A stretch of DNA of 64,000 nucleotides from Candidatus Latescibacterota bacterium (lineage in GTDB: Bacteria; Latescibacterota; UBA2968; GCA-2709665): positions 3,168,001-3,232,000 of the forward strand of contig OZ244937.1 of assembly GCA_965222075.1 (NCBI GenBank), in the 5' to 3' direction. The notes beneath the pieces are model-generated. The model did no database searches, had not been told where the DNA came from, and saw nothing but the letters and a program-made list of their open reading frames with translations. Of this stretch, positions 52,301 through 61,660 are shown in pieces; position 1 is the first letter of the stretch; each line of letters opens with the position of its first letter. Both the position numbers and the translations under genes were made by a program.

Positions 52301-53001
52301 CCAGAGTCTTCAGTCTGCGGCCGGGATTGTCTTCCCCGCCCTCGTGCAATGTGACCTCCACGTCGTCATCGACTTCATCTCCAATCCCGATTCCGATTAA
52401 TGTGACCCGCGCCCAGGTCCCGGCCGTGAATGCTTGCGCACTTCGATGGCCATTTTCAAAAAGGTTCCTTTCGTTATCATCCAGGGAGGTGTTCTTTACC
52501 AGGGACGGCCCGCTGGCGTCCGTGATGCTGAGGTCCACGTCGTCGCCCAAAGACCAGGAGGGGCTGGACGACCAGGTGTAACGCCTGGAATTGGAACTGA
52601 CGCTGGCGTCCTCGAAGGCCAGCTCGGTATCATCGCCCACGTGCAGGGTCAGAAAGCTCGCGTACGTTCGCGGGAAGGGCGGTATCCAGAGTCAGTTCCA
52701 GCTCGCTGCCGTCGTCTTCGATCCTCGTGATTGTGTACGTGTTGCCGTGCAAGCTGATTTCGTCGTCGGATAGAACATTGGAGTTGGCGCACTGCCCATT
52801 AAAGGGGGTAGTGTGGGAACAACCGAATTCGTCCTGGGCGGCATTGAGGGTTTTCACCTCCAGGTCGGCGGACCAGATCGTCACGTCTTCCGCGGAGGCC
52901 GGCGGCGCGATGACGAGCGAGGCCGCGAAGAGGACGCCGCAGAGGGCCGCGGCGAGGGCGAGGCATCGCGGGAGCCGGGCCGGTTTGATGGCGCGAGTCA
53001 T
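49318..53001 (-). pseudogene. Large secreted protein (choice-of-anchor-R-like, Fn3, Ig-like, PPC, FlgD/T9SS tail) broken by about four frameshifts
   Basis: Signal peptide at 53001; coherent protein continues across frame switches near 52660, 52120, 51115 and 50740 (ORF pieces 52630-53001, 51855-52640, 50956-52047, 50637-50921, 49318-50901). Confidence 0.8.
50398..50532. repeat. In-frame 54-bp tandem repeat (~2.5 copies), acidic linker
   Basis: Encodes GGGEPSEEQVSEESSDDS repeatedly. Confidence 0.9.
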
Positions 53002-53146
53002 GGCTGCGGCTCCGGTGCGATCCCAAAAAAAATCGGGGGATAGTGAACATTTATGCCGGTTGGTCGGATGTGCTTCGAGGCCATGGTCATGTCTCCATTC
53101 ATAGATGGCGAACAGCAGACAGCGGCGATTTCGATTGACCGATGAC

Positions 53147-53192
53147 ACGGGTCACGGTGTTTCTTCAGGGGTGGTTCGCGAACCGCCCCTAC
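53147..53192 (-). repeat. GTAG-type REP hairpin plus conserved tail
   Basis: GTAGGGGCGGTTCGCGAACCACCCCT-GAAGAAACACCGTGACCCGTG. Confidence 0.85.
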
Positions 53193-53939
53193 CGTACGCG
53201 GAAACAACCTGGATGATCGAGGCGAGGCTGGTGCCTGAGAAGGGATTGGACCCCGTTTCGGGATCCGCGACCTCGGGCGGAAGGACGTCGTCTATGCGTC
53301 TCACCTCCGCCACCATGGACCCCATGCCGGGGCGCCAGGTGAAGGTTTCCGGCAATATTCCCTCGCCCGTGATCCTCACGCCGAACGTGTGAGCCTTTTC
53401 TTCGCTGAAATTCACGGCCCCACCGCCCGAACGTCCCGATGCGCCGTCAAGCAGCATCAATTTCCGCGCGTCGCGCCAGTTCCCGGTGCTGAGCCGGTAG
53501 ATGTAGACCCCCGCGCTCACGCCCCGACCGACTGCGTCCGTGCCGTCCCACTGCGCCCTGTGAAACCCGGCCGGGCGCTCTTCGTCGATCAGCGTGACCA
53601 CGCGCTGGCCCAGAATGTTGAACACGTCCAGGCGAACGTGTCCTCCCTCCGAGATCTCGAAGGGTATGAGGGTGGAGGGATTGAACGGATTGGGATGATT
53701 CTGCAGCAGCGCGTTGGGTCGCGCGAGGTCTCCAGGGGCAGCGAGAAGGCGCCGTTTTCGTCCGTGATGGTCGTCACCCGGGCGCGCGGATTGTCGAGCC
53801 TGTAAAGCACGACCCGCGCCCGATGGATTGGAAGGGACTTCGGATTCACGACCCGTCCCTCAAACGGCTGCCGTTCCGCGGCAACGGTGGACGCCAGACT
53901 CGTGAACGCAACCAATGAAAGAGACAGAATGCATTTCAT
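53152..53939 (-). pseudogene. Secreted protein with internal FlgD/T9SS-like domain, frameshifted near 53725 and ending in a REP
   Basis: MKCILSL... signal; frame switch to ALLQNHPNPFNPST...WDGTD...VSAGVY; the last residues are encoded by the REP. Confidence 0.75.
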
Positions 53940-53991
53940 CGGGATTCTCCTTTTCGTGGGTCGGGCGATGCAATTCCTGGTTTCATGAGAG

Positions 53992-55242
53992 CTACTTGAG
54001 ATAGAGCATCCTCCGGGTGTGCACGCCGCCCGGGTGGTGCAGGCGGATGAAATACACCCCCGTGGCCACGCCCGCGCCGCGTCCGTCGCGGGCGTCCCAG
54101 CGCACCCGGTAGGCGCCGGCGGCCTGCACCTCGTCCACCAGTGTGCGTATGTGCTGCCCGAGGAGGTTGTAAATGTCCAGGCGCACCGGGCCGTCCGTGT
54201 CCAGACGATAGGGGATGACGGTGCTGGGGTTGAAGGGGTTGGGCACATTGGGCGCCAGACCCGGCGGCTCCGGCTCGGACGCGACCGCCACCCTGGACGT
54301 GTCCAGCCGTTCGCTGGACACCACCCGCGCGCCACCGCCCAGAGTCAGCTCCAGGACCTGGCGCCGGTCGCGGTTGAGGGGAATGCTGTGCCATCGGCCC
54401 ACGATCGTACCCGCGCCGTTGCGGGCGCGGGCTTTGTAATAGCCGCTGGCTCCGCGCGGCTCCAGGCTGGAGATGGTCAGTGCCAGGCGGCCTTCGCTGT
54501 CGGTGACCTCGCTCCAGGCGTAGTGGGTCCAGCGGCCGGCGATGGCGCGCGCGAACTCGACGGTCAGGCCTTCGACCGCGTCGCCCAGCACCGTGGCCTC
54601 CACCACGGTCGACGACGACGCTGGTGGGGCTCCGGCTCTTTGCAGCTCCCACACGACTCCAGCCGCCGGGTCCCCCGCTCCGGCGGCGAATCGGCTCCGC
54701 CCGGGCAGCAGGAACACCAGCCTGTCGCCGGACTCGTAAGCGTACAGGTCGTTGAACAGTTCCAGGAAGAGACCGTTCACGAAGGAAAGGACGAGCTTGT
54801 ATTCCTCCAGCGCCCTGGCGTCACCGGAGCGCTGGAGGATCTCTTCCAAATCCTCGCCGTCTGCGAACAGCCTCAGGAAGTGGGCATTGAACCGCAGGGT
54901 ATCGGATTGCATGCTGTAATATCCGAACCCCGCGGCAGCCTTCGATGAAGGGAGAGGACTGGGAGCGGGCGGGCCGGGCAGGAAATGAGGAAAGGAATAC
55001 CCCTCCGCTGCCTCGGTGATGATGGACAGCTTGTAGTAGTTGCCTGCGTACAGCTCCAGGGTGACGGAGGACTCCGTGGGTATGGGTTCACCCCCTTCTC
55101 CCGCCTGGGACAGGATGGTTCCGACGTCGAACTTCAAACTGTTCCACACCAGCTCCCAGGTATCGAGAGGCCGGGGGTCGCCGGAGCCGGCCCACAGCGA
55201 AAGGGGATACATCACGGCAAGAGCGAGTATCAGTGGTTTCAT
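53992..55242 (-). CDS. Secreted protein with FlgD/T9SS-type C-terminal domain
   Basis: Signal peptide; AGGAG RBS; NVPNPFNP...ATGVYFIRL tail. Confidence 0.85.
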   Translation of the reverse strand: MKPLILALAVMYPLSLWAGSGDPRPLDTWELVWNSLKFDVGTILSQAGEGGEPIPTESSVTLELYAGNYYKLSIITEAAEGYSFPHFLPGPPAPSPLPSSKAAAGFGYYSMQSDTLRFNAHFLRLFADGEDLEEILQRSGDARALEEYKLVLSFVNGLFLELFNDLYAYESGDRLVFLLPGRSRFAAGAGDPAAGVVWELQRAGAPPASSSTVVEATVLGDAVEGLTVEFARAIAGRWTHYAWSEVTDSEGRLALTISSLEPRGASGYYKARARNGAGTIVGRWHSIPLNRDRRQVLELTLGGGARVVSSERLDTSRVAVASEPEPPGLAPNVPNPFNPSTVIPYRLDTDGPVRLDIYNLLGQHIRTLVDEVQAAGAYRVRWDARDGRGAGVATGVYFIRLHHPGGVHTRRMLYLK

Positions 55243-55253
55243 TTTAACTCCTG

Positions 55254-58200
55254 CTATTCGTCGTCGTCGATGACCACGTACACATTCGCCACTGACGCGT
55301 CGTAGCCCCCGCCGCTGGCCGTGTGGGTCACCCTCACCCAGTAGTTCAGGGCGTCGTCGTCCTGGTCGGCCGCAAGCGTCACCGTCTGCGCGTCGTTCCA
55401 GTTTTCCGTGGTGAACGAGAGATTTTCGGGACTGACCGAAAGCTTGCTTGAAGAGCTCGCGATCGCAACGGTCACCGCGGCCGTGGGCTGGCTCCCCAGG
55501 GCCACGGTGTAGGTGGCGTTCTCCCCCTCGGTGACCGTGAGCTCCGTCGCACTCAGCGTCAGATCCGGGGTGGTGTCCTCCTCCCCGGAGTCGGCCACCG
55601 TGGACCGGTTGGCGACCGCCTGGGACGGGAAGTTCTGCAGGGCATTGCCCGCTTCGTCGATGAAAATGCCGACGGCGTCGCGGGCGAAGATGTTGTCGTA
55701 AGCCACGGCGACCTCCTGACCCCGGCTCACCGGCTCTCGCAAGGTGAAGATGAGGTTGGTCCAGGAAATGCCGGCGGTGAAGGGGATCACCTCGTCGCCG
55801 TCCACGGTCACGCCGACCACCGCAATGAAGAACCGGGCCAGGCCCACGTTGACGAGCCTGGCGATCGAGCGCAGCAGCGCCGGTACGGTGATCCTTTCGC
55901 TGAAGGTGAGGACGACCTGCCCGCCGTCCGTGGAGGTCGCGGCGCTGACGAAGACCGGCGCCGTCACGTCCGGAGGGTTCACCTTGTGGCCGGGGTTGGC
56001 GGGCACCGCGTCGTGGGTCACGTCGGCCCTGTTCCCCGGCACGCCCGTGTCCCAGATGGACGCGCGGTCCAGGCTCAGCTTGTTCGCGCCGATGGCGATG
56101 CCGTCGGCGTCCACGTCGGCTGTTCTCACCCTGTAGCTGAAGACCGCCGTTGTGGCCGTTCCGCCGCGGTACGTCGCCCTTTTGGCCACGCCGTCGAAGT
56201 CCAGCTCCAGTTGCGGCCTTCCGGTCACCTGCACCTCCTCGCTGAAGGTCACCGTCACGTCGATCAGGTTGCCGGAGGCGTAGGCGTTGTCCCGCCCCGG
56301 GTCGCTGGTGAAGGCGATCGACACGATGGTCGCCGCAGTCCCGTCCTCGTCGGGGTCCGGCGGGGGTTCCGGCGCCGGAACCGCCGCCCCTTGCAGCCCC
56401 CCCGATCCCCGCGTGAGGATCAGGCCGGCGCCGGTGCGGATGTCGAGGCCCTCGTAGTCTTCCGGGTCGCGTTGGAAAGCGGCTGACGCCACGGTGATCG
56501 TGCCCCGCGCCGACCTGCCGTCGCGCAGCGTCACGGCGATCGCCCCGCTGGTCGTGGCGCCGGCCGGGATGGTTGCCGCCGTACTTGCCAGATTGGCGCC
56601 CTCCGCCGACAGCGTCACGTTCATGGGGAAGGGCGCGCCTTCCGCGACCCTCACCGCGACGCCCCCGCCCTCCAGCAGCAGCCCGGGGATCAGGGTGACG
56701 CCGTCCAGATGCACCCGGGTCAGCTTCGAGAGGCCCTCGAACGCGCCCTCGGGCAGGGCGGTCAGCTTGTTGCCTTTCAGGTTCAACCTCTTCAGGTCCC
56801 GCGTACCGTCGAAGACGCCGTCGGGCAGGGACGTAAGGTCATTGTCGCCCAGGTCCAGGTCTTGCAGAGCGGCGAGACGGTCGAACGCGCCAACGGGCAC
56901 GGCGGTCAGCTCGTTGTTCGTGAGATACAGATGCAGGAGGCCGCGGAGGTCGTCGAAGACGCCGCCGGGCAGGGACGTAAGGTCGTTGCTGCCCAGGTAC
57001 AGGTATTCCAGGGTGCCGACGTCGTCGAAGACGCCGTCGGGCAGCGAGGTCAGGTCGTTGTTCTCCAGGTTGATTGTCCTCAGTCGCTCGAAATCTTCGA
57101 AGGCGTCGTCCGGCAGTGAGCTCAGGTCGTTGAACCCCAGGTCCAGGCCCGTGAGGTTGGCGTCGAGGTCGTCCAGCGCCTCACCTGGAAACGCGGTGAA
57201 TTCGTTCCCGCCCATATTGATCCACAGCGGCCCGGTAAGGCCTCTGAAGGCGCCGTCGGGCAGGGAGCTCAGGCCGTTGGTCTGCAGGGACAGCTCCCGC
57301 ACCGCGGAAAGGCCGTCGAACACGCCGGCCGGGAGGGTGCTCAGTCTGTTCCCGGACAGTTTCAGGAATTCCAGCCCGTTCAACCCGGAGAAGTCCCCGG
57401 CCTTGAGGGAAGAGATGCCCCTGCCGTGGAGATTCATCTCGCCATCGATGTTCCGGAGGTTGTAGGCGGTGACGTCAGCGCAGTTATTGATCCCGGGCAG
57501 CCTGGCGAGAATCGCGTTGCGCACCCTGGAGGTGCGGCTGCAGACGGGCAGGGTTGCCGCCGTCGCCGCGTCGCTCGTTTCCCCCCCCGTGCTCACGGCC
57601 CTTACCTGGAAGGTATACGCCACGCCTGCGCGCAGCCCCGTCACCGTCACGCCCGCCGCGTTGGCGCCGCCGGGCGCGCTGTCTTCGATCCGCGTCCACG
57701 TTGAGGGATAGCTCCCCCCCGTCCTGTAGCGGTACTCGTGGCGCCTGACGTCGGCCGTTGCCGCCGGCGCGCGCCAGCTCAGCGTTGCCGCCGCGTTACC
57801 CAACGTCGCCGTCAGATTCGCCGGCGTCCCGAACGGGGCGTCGGCGTCGTCCACCGGTACGTTGTCCGCCGGTTCGTCGTTCGCGGGTATGGTGATCCGC
57901 GCCCGGGCGCGCCCGATGACCGCATGGGTCGGGCCGTGGAGTTCCAGGAAGAAGTACTCCTCGTCCTCCGGCGCATCGTCATTCGTGACGTCGAAGTTGA
58001 TCCATGCCGTCGTCTGTCCGGCCCCGATCGTGACCATCGGCTGTCCATCGTGACCGTAGTCGCTCCCGGTGGCGGTCCCTCCCGTGCCCCGGAAAGAGAC
58101 GGACACCGCCCGCGTGCTCGTTTCCGACAGCGTCACCGAAACGTCGAAATTGCTCCCCTCGCGCTCCGTGCGGTCGGCGCCGATATCGAGCACCCGATCG

Positions 58201-59351
58201 GGTATCGCTTCCGTGCGCCGCTTGCCGTAGACCCTCATCTTCAGCGCCCGGGTATTCGAGTTCCACGACGCGCCGTCCGTGGATTTGTAGACCTCGTTTC
58301 TGATCCACCATTCGTCCTGGCCGTCCTGGCCGTCGTCGCGGGTGCGCCGGATATATACCCACGCTCCGGTCGTCCGGCGAAAGACGAACGCGTATTGCGC
58401 GTCGCGCTTGAGCGTCGATCCTTCCGGCGCGACGAACTCGTTGAGGTCTATGCCTTCTCTGAACACGGTGGGACTCACGAAGTCAAACAGCTTTCGGTCC
58501 GGAAGCCGTTCGCCGCCGACCGTTCTGGTCGTATACAGAGACGCGGTCACGTGATCGCCGTCCGTGGGAATACCCCGACCCGATTTTTTTTCCAACGCCA
58601 ATGCGATGCTGTGCAGGTCGTAGCCTTCGTTGTCGTGTCCCGTGGTGAAGACCTGCGCCAGCCAGTTGACGCTGGAATTGTCTCCCACCACGTGGTATCC
58701 ATCCGTACTCTCGCCGGTGTTGTAGACCAGACGGTCCAGCTCGTAGCCCTTGATCGCGATCATCGGGACTCTGCTGAGCGTGGTGACGTCGTCCGGCCAG
58801 GCCCCTGAACCGGCGTATCGCAACGTCTGGTTTGCGATCCACCAATCGTTATCGATGCGGTCGCTCTGTCCGTCCGAGTCCGTGGTGGCGAACCACCACT
58901 GCGTGCTCTCGTCGCCGGCCTGGAATCCGGGGGCTCTGCCGACGATGAAATAGGTCCAGCCGTCGTTCAGATAAAAAGGCCGTGGCAGGGTAAACGCGTT
59001 GTCTCCTTCGGTGATGCGGTCCGGATTGTCAAAGACCAGCAGCTTTGCATAGGGTCGATCACCGTTGCTCTCCGGATAACCGGAGGACCAGAGCTCGAGC
59101 CGGACTTCGTCCCCGGTCCCCTGGTCCTGATGAAATTTGACATCGAGCCCGGTAAGCGCGTAGCCGCCATTGTCGTCGCCGGTGCCGAAACGGATGGCGG
59201 CCATCGATTCGCCGGCGACAAGGCGGGCGCCGGGACCGGTCTTCCGGGTCTTGTCGATGTTGGAGACCAGAAGGATGGGGTCCTGCTGCGCTTCCGCGTT
59301 CGTCAAAACGACAAACGTGAGCAGGATTGGCACAACGAAAAACCTGGACAT
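55254..59351 (-). CDS. Large secreted adhesin-like protein: 2x choice-of-anchor-R-like, Calx-beta, Fn3, LRR and Ig-like domains
   Basis: Signal peptide behind AAGGAGG; LVYNTG...AQVFTTG; DD.PEDEEYF Calx-beta; ~10 LRRs; no FlgD tail. Confidence 0.9.
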   Translation of the reverse strand: MSRFFVVPILLTFVVLTNAEAQQDPILLVSNIDKTRKTGPGARLVAGESMAAIRFGTGDDNGGYALTGLDVKFHQDQGTGDEVRLELWSSGYPESNGDRPYAKLLVFDNPDRITEGDNAFTLPRPFYLNDGWTYFIVGRAPGFQAGDESTQWWFATTDSDGQSDRIDNDWWIANQTLRYAGSGAWPDDVTTLSRVPMIAIKGYELDRLVYNTGESTDGYHVVGDNSSVNWLAQVFTTGHDNEGYDLHSIALALEKKSGRGIPTDGDHVTASLYTTRTVGGERLPDRKLFDFVSPTVFREGIDLNEFVAPEGSTLKRDAQYAFVFRRTTGAWVYIRRTRDDGQDGQDEWWIRNEVYKSTDGASWNSNTRALKMRVYGKRRTEAIPDRVLDIGADRTEREGSNFDVSVTLSETSTRAVSVSFRGTGGTATGSDYGHDGQPMVTIGAGQTTAWINFDVTNDDAPEDEEYFFLELHGPTHAVIGRARARITIPANDEPADNVPVDDADAPFGTPANLTATLGNAAATLSWRAPAATADVRRHEYRYRTGGSYPSTWTRIEDSAPGGANAAGVTVTGLRAGVAYTFQVRAVSTGGETSDAATAATLPVCSRTSRVRNAILARLPGINNCADVTAYNLRNIDGEMNLHGRGISSLKAGDFSGLNGLEFLKLSGNRLSTLPAGVFDGLSAVRELSLQTNGLSSLPDGAFRGLTGPLWINMGGNEFTAFPGEALDDLDANLTGLDLGFNDLSSLPDDAFEDFERLRTINLENNDLTSLPDGVFDDVGTLEYLYLGSNDLTSLPGGVFDDLRGLLHLYLTNNELTAVPVGAFDRLAALQDLDLGDNDLTSLPDGVFDGTRDLKRLNLKGNKLTALPEGAFEGLSKLTRVHLDGVTLIPGLLLEGGGVAVRVAEGAPFPMNVTLSAEGANLASTAATIPAGATTSGAIAVTLRDGRSARGTITVASAAFQRDPEDYEGLDIRTGAGLILTRGSGGLQGAAVPAPEPPPDPDEDGTAATIVSIAFTSDPGRDNAYASGNLIDVTVTFSEEVQVTGRPQLELDFDGVAKRATYRGGTATTAVFSYRVRTADVDADGIAIGANKLSLDRASIWDTGVPGNRADVTHDAVPANPGHKVNPPDVTAPVFVSAATSTDGGQVVLTFSERITVPALLRSIARLVNVGLARFFIAVVGVTVDGDEVIPFTAGISWTNLIFTLREPVSRGQEVAVAYDNIFARDAVGIFIDEAGNALQNFPSQAVANRSTVADSGEEDTTPDLTLSATELTVTEGENATYTVALGSQPTAAVTVAIASSSSKLSVSPENLSFTTENWNDAQTVTLAADQDDDALNYWVRVTHTASGGGYDASVANVYVVIDDDE

Positions 59352-59398
59352 AATATTCTTCCTCCTTATCCGATTGCCGGTTTTGACCAACTCGCAAG

Positions 59399-59446
59399 CA
59401 CGGTGGTCACGGTGTTTTGCAGGAGCGGTTCCCGAACCGCCCCTAC
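59399..59446 (-). repeat. GTAG-type REP hairpin plus conserved tail (second copy)
   Basis: GTAGGGGCGGTTCGGGAACCGCTCCT-GCAAAACACCGTGACCACCGTG; its TAG is the stop codon of the regulator. Confidence 0.85.
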
Positions 59447-61326
59447 ACCTGGCCGAGGTTGTATTTTTTCAACTTCCGGTGCAGGGTCGATCGGTTGATG
59501 CCCAGCGCGCCCGCGGCCTCCTTCACGTTGTTCCCCTTGGCTTCGAGGGCGCGCAGCAGGGCCTGTCGCTCGACCTCCGCCAGCGGCAGGACCACCGCCG
59601 GACGATCGGTTGCGGAAGCGAGGACCGGCGACAACTGGGGCGGCAGGCTGCCCGCCTGCAGCACGGCGTCCGTCTCCAGCAGCACGGCGCGCTCGATGGC
59701 GTTCTCCAGTTCGCGCACGTTGCCCGGCCAGTCGTACTGGAGCAGCAGGCGCAGGGCGGCGGTGGAGATGCCGTCTATGGACTTGCCGGCGCGTGCGGCG
59801 CATTTCTTCAGGAAATGTTCGGCGAGCAGGGGAATATCCTCTCGCCGCTCTCTCAGCGGCGGAATCAGGATGGGGAAGGCCGCGACGCGATAGAACAGGT
59901 CTTCGCGGAGCGCGCCCTCCCTTACGGCGCGCTCGAGGTCCTTGTTGGTCGCCGTTATCACCCGGATGCCGACGGATATCGGGGTGGTTCCTCCGATCCG
60001 CTGGACTTCCCGCTCCTGCAGGACCCGCAGCAGCTTCCCCTGCAGGACATACGGCAGGTCGCCGATCTCGTCGATGAAAATGGTGCCCCCATCGGCGCGC
60101 TCGAAAGCTCCGATTCTCCGCTGCGTCGCCCCTGTGAAGGCCCCTCGTTCATGTCCGAACAGCTCGCTTTCGATGAGCGTTGCGGGGATGGCGACGCAAT
60201 CGAGGGCAACGAACGGCCCCTTCTTTCGCGAACTGTTGAAGTGAAACGACTTGGCCACCAACTCCTTGCCGGTGCCGCTTTCGCCCCGGATAAGCACTGT
60301 GATATCGCTTTCAGCGGCCTGTTTCATCAGCGCGTATACCCGCTGCATTCCGGGGCTGGCGCCCACCATGCCGGCAAACGAGTAGGTCGTCTCCAGTGCG
60401 GTGCGCAGACGCAGCACCTCGGCCTTCATCTGCTCGGCCTCGATCTCCTTGGACACGTCCCGGTACACGACGAGGCCGCCGATCGTCTCTCCGCGCCCGT
60501 CGCGCACCGGCGCGGTGGAGCGGTAGAACAGCCGCTGCTCCGGCACCTTCCCGGCGCCGGTCGTCTCCACCACGTTGCCGCCGTCGAGGAGAAATCTTCC
60601 CTCCAGGTCGCCGAGATCGGGTTCCCGGAACCGCGCTTCCAGGCGCGCCTTCAGATCCCGCGCCGACGCTTTCTTGAGTTCGCTCTCCTTCAGACCCATC
60701 AGCTTCTCGTACACCTGGTTGGCGAAGACCAGGCGTCCGGAGACGTCGTGCATCGCAATGGCATCTCCGGTGGCATTGAGCACGGCTTCCAGTCTTCGAT
60801 GACCGATGGCGAGTTGCCGCCGTTTTTGCGCCAGATCCCGCTCGATGTTCCACTTCCCCACCAGGGAAAGGGTGATCTGCTGTATCTCCTCGTGCGTGAA
60901 AGGTTTCCTGATATAGAGCAGCTTGTGCAGCAACTCCATGTTGTGGACGATCTCGGGCAGCGACCTGTCTGTGTACGCCGTCATGATGACAATCTCGATG
61001 TCGCGATCGATTTCTCTCACCCGGCGGATCGTCTCGATGCCATCAATGCCCGGAGGCATTCGGATATCGATATAGGCCGCGGCGACGGGGTGGTTCGATT
61101 TCCTTCCTGCCTGGATGATTTCGCATGCTTCCACCCCGTTGCTCGCGTGCAGCAACTCGAACTCGGGGAGAAAGCTCACCTCTTTCTCGCTTAAGAACGC
61201 CGCCGCCAGATCGTCCGCCGACGGCTTCGCCATATTTGGCCTCAACATCTCCGCAAAGTCGTCGTGAATCTCAGGCTGATCATCCACGATCAGCACACGG
61301 TTGTTTTCGTAATTTTCGGTTTTCAT
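59443..61326 (-). CDS. Sigma-54-dependent response regulator (REC-PAS-AAA+-Fis HTH)
   Basis: VDD...DIRMP...KPF receiver; GESGTGKE, ELFGHERGAFTGA and WPGNVRELEN; C-terminal HTH. Confidence 0.95.
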   Translation of the reverse strand: MKTENYENNRVLIVDDQPEIHDDFAEMLRPNMAKPSADDLAAAFLSEKEVSFLPEFELLHASNGVEACEIIQAGRKSNHPVAAAYIDIRMPPGIDGIETIRRVREIDRDIEIVIMTAYTDRSLPEIVHNMELLHKLLYIRKPFTHEEIQQITLSLVGKWNIERDLAQKRRQLAIGHRRLEAVLNATGDAIAMHDVSGRLVFANQVYEKLMGLKESELKKASARDLKARLEARFREPDLGDLEGRFLLDGGNVVETTGAGKVPEQRLFYRSTAPVRDGRGETIGGLVVYRDVSKEIEAEQMKAEVLRLRTALETTYSFAGMVGASPGMQRVYALMKQAAESDITVLIRGESGTGKELVAKSFHFNSSRKKGPFVALDCVAIPATLIESELFGHERGAFTGATQRRIGAFERADGGTIFIDEIGDLPYVLQGKLLRVLQEREVQRIGGTTPISVGIRVITATNKDLERAVREGALREDLFYRVAAFPILIPPLRERREDIPLLAEHFLKKCAARAGKSIDGISTAALRLLLQYDWPGNVRELENAIERAVLLETDAVLQAGSLPPQLSPVLASATDRPAVVLPLAEVERQALLRALEAKGNNVKEAAGALGINRSTLHRKLKKYNLGQV

Positions 61327-61341
61327 CGACTATTTTCCATT

Positions 61342-61494
61342 TCATGTGGTTGACAGACTGGTCGCCCTGCGCTCATTTGGGGTTCGGCCGAGGAAAGCGG
61401 CAGCATGACGCGTATGGTCGTTCCCTTGCCGATGTCCTTGCGGTCCACACTGGCGCTGTTCAGTGCCTTCTGCGTGCGGATGATATCGGCGATG
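61342..61494 (-). pseudogene. Internally deleted remnant of a histidine kinase paralog
   Basis: IADIIRTQKAL...DRKDI joined directly to GKGTTIRVMLPLSS; both blocks match 62013..64000, where they are ~420 bp apart. Confidence 0.8.
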
Positions 61495-61569
61495 GCAATG
61501 CAATGTCGGCGTATTCCTCGAATAACCGCCTCGCCAGCGGGGAACTCTGGTAATTTCCAAACAGACAAC

Positions 61570-61584
61570 GCAAAATTCGTGCCA
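61570..61584 (-). promoter_or_regulatory. Sigma-54 (-24/-12) promoter
   Basis: TGGCACGAATTTTGC matches the consensus TGGCACG-N4-TTGC. Confidence 0.8.
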
Positions 61585-61660
61585 CCTTTCCAATTAAACA
61601 CCTAACTGATTGTGTATAAGGGAGTTAGAATATATGCAACGACGGGGGAATTTCTCGGCG

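Noticed and set aside
59393-59408. Possible second sigma-54 promoter (GACCACCGTGCTTGC) before the adhesin gene
   Set aside because: It lacks the invariant -24 GG
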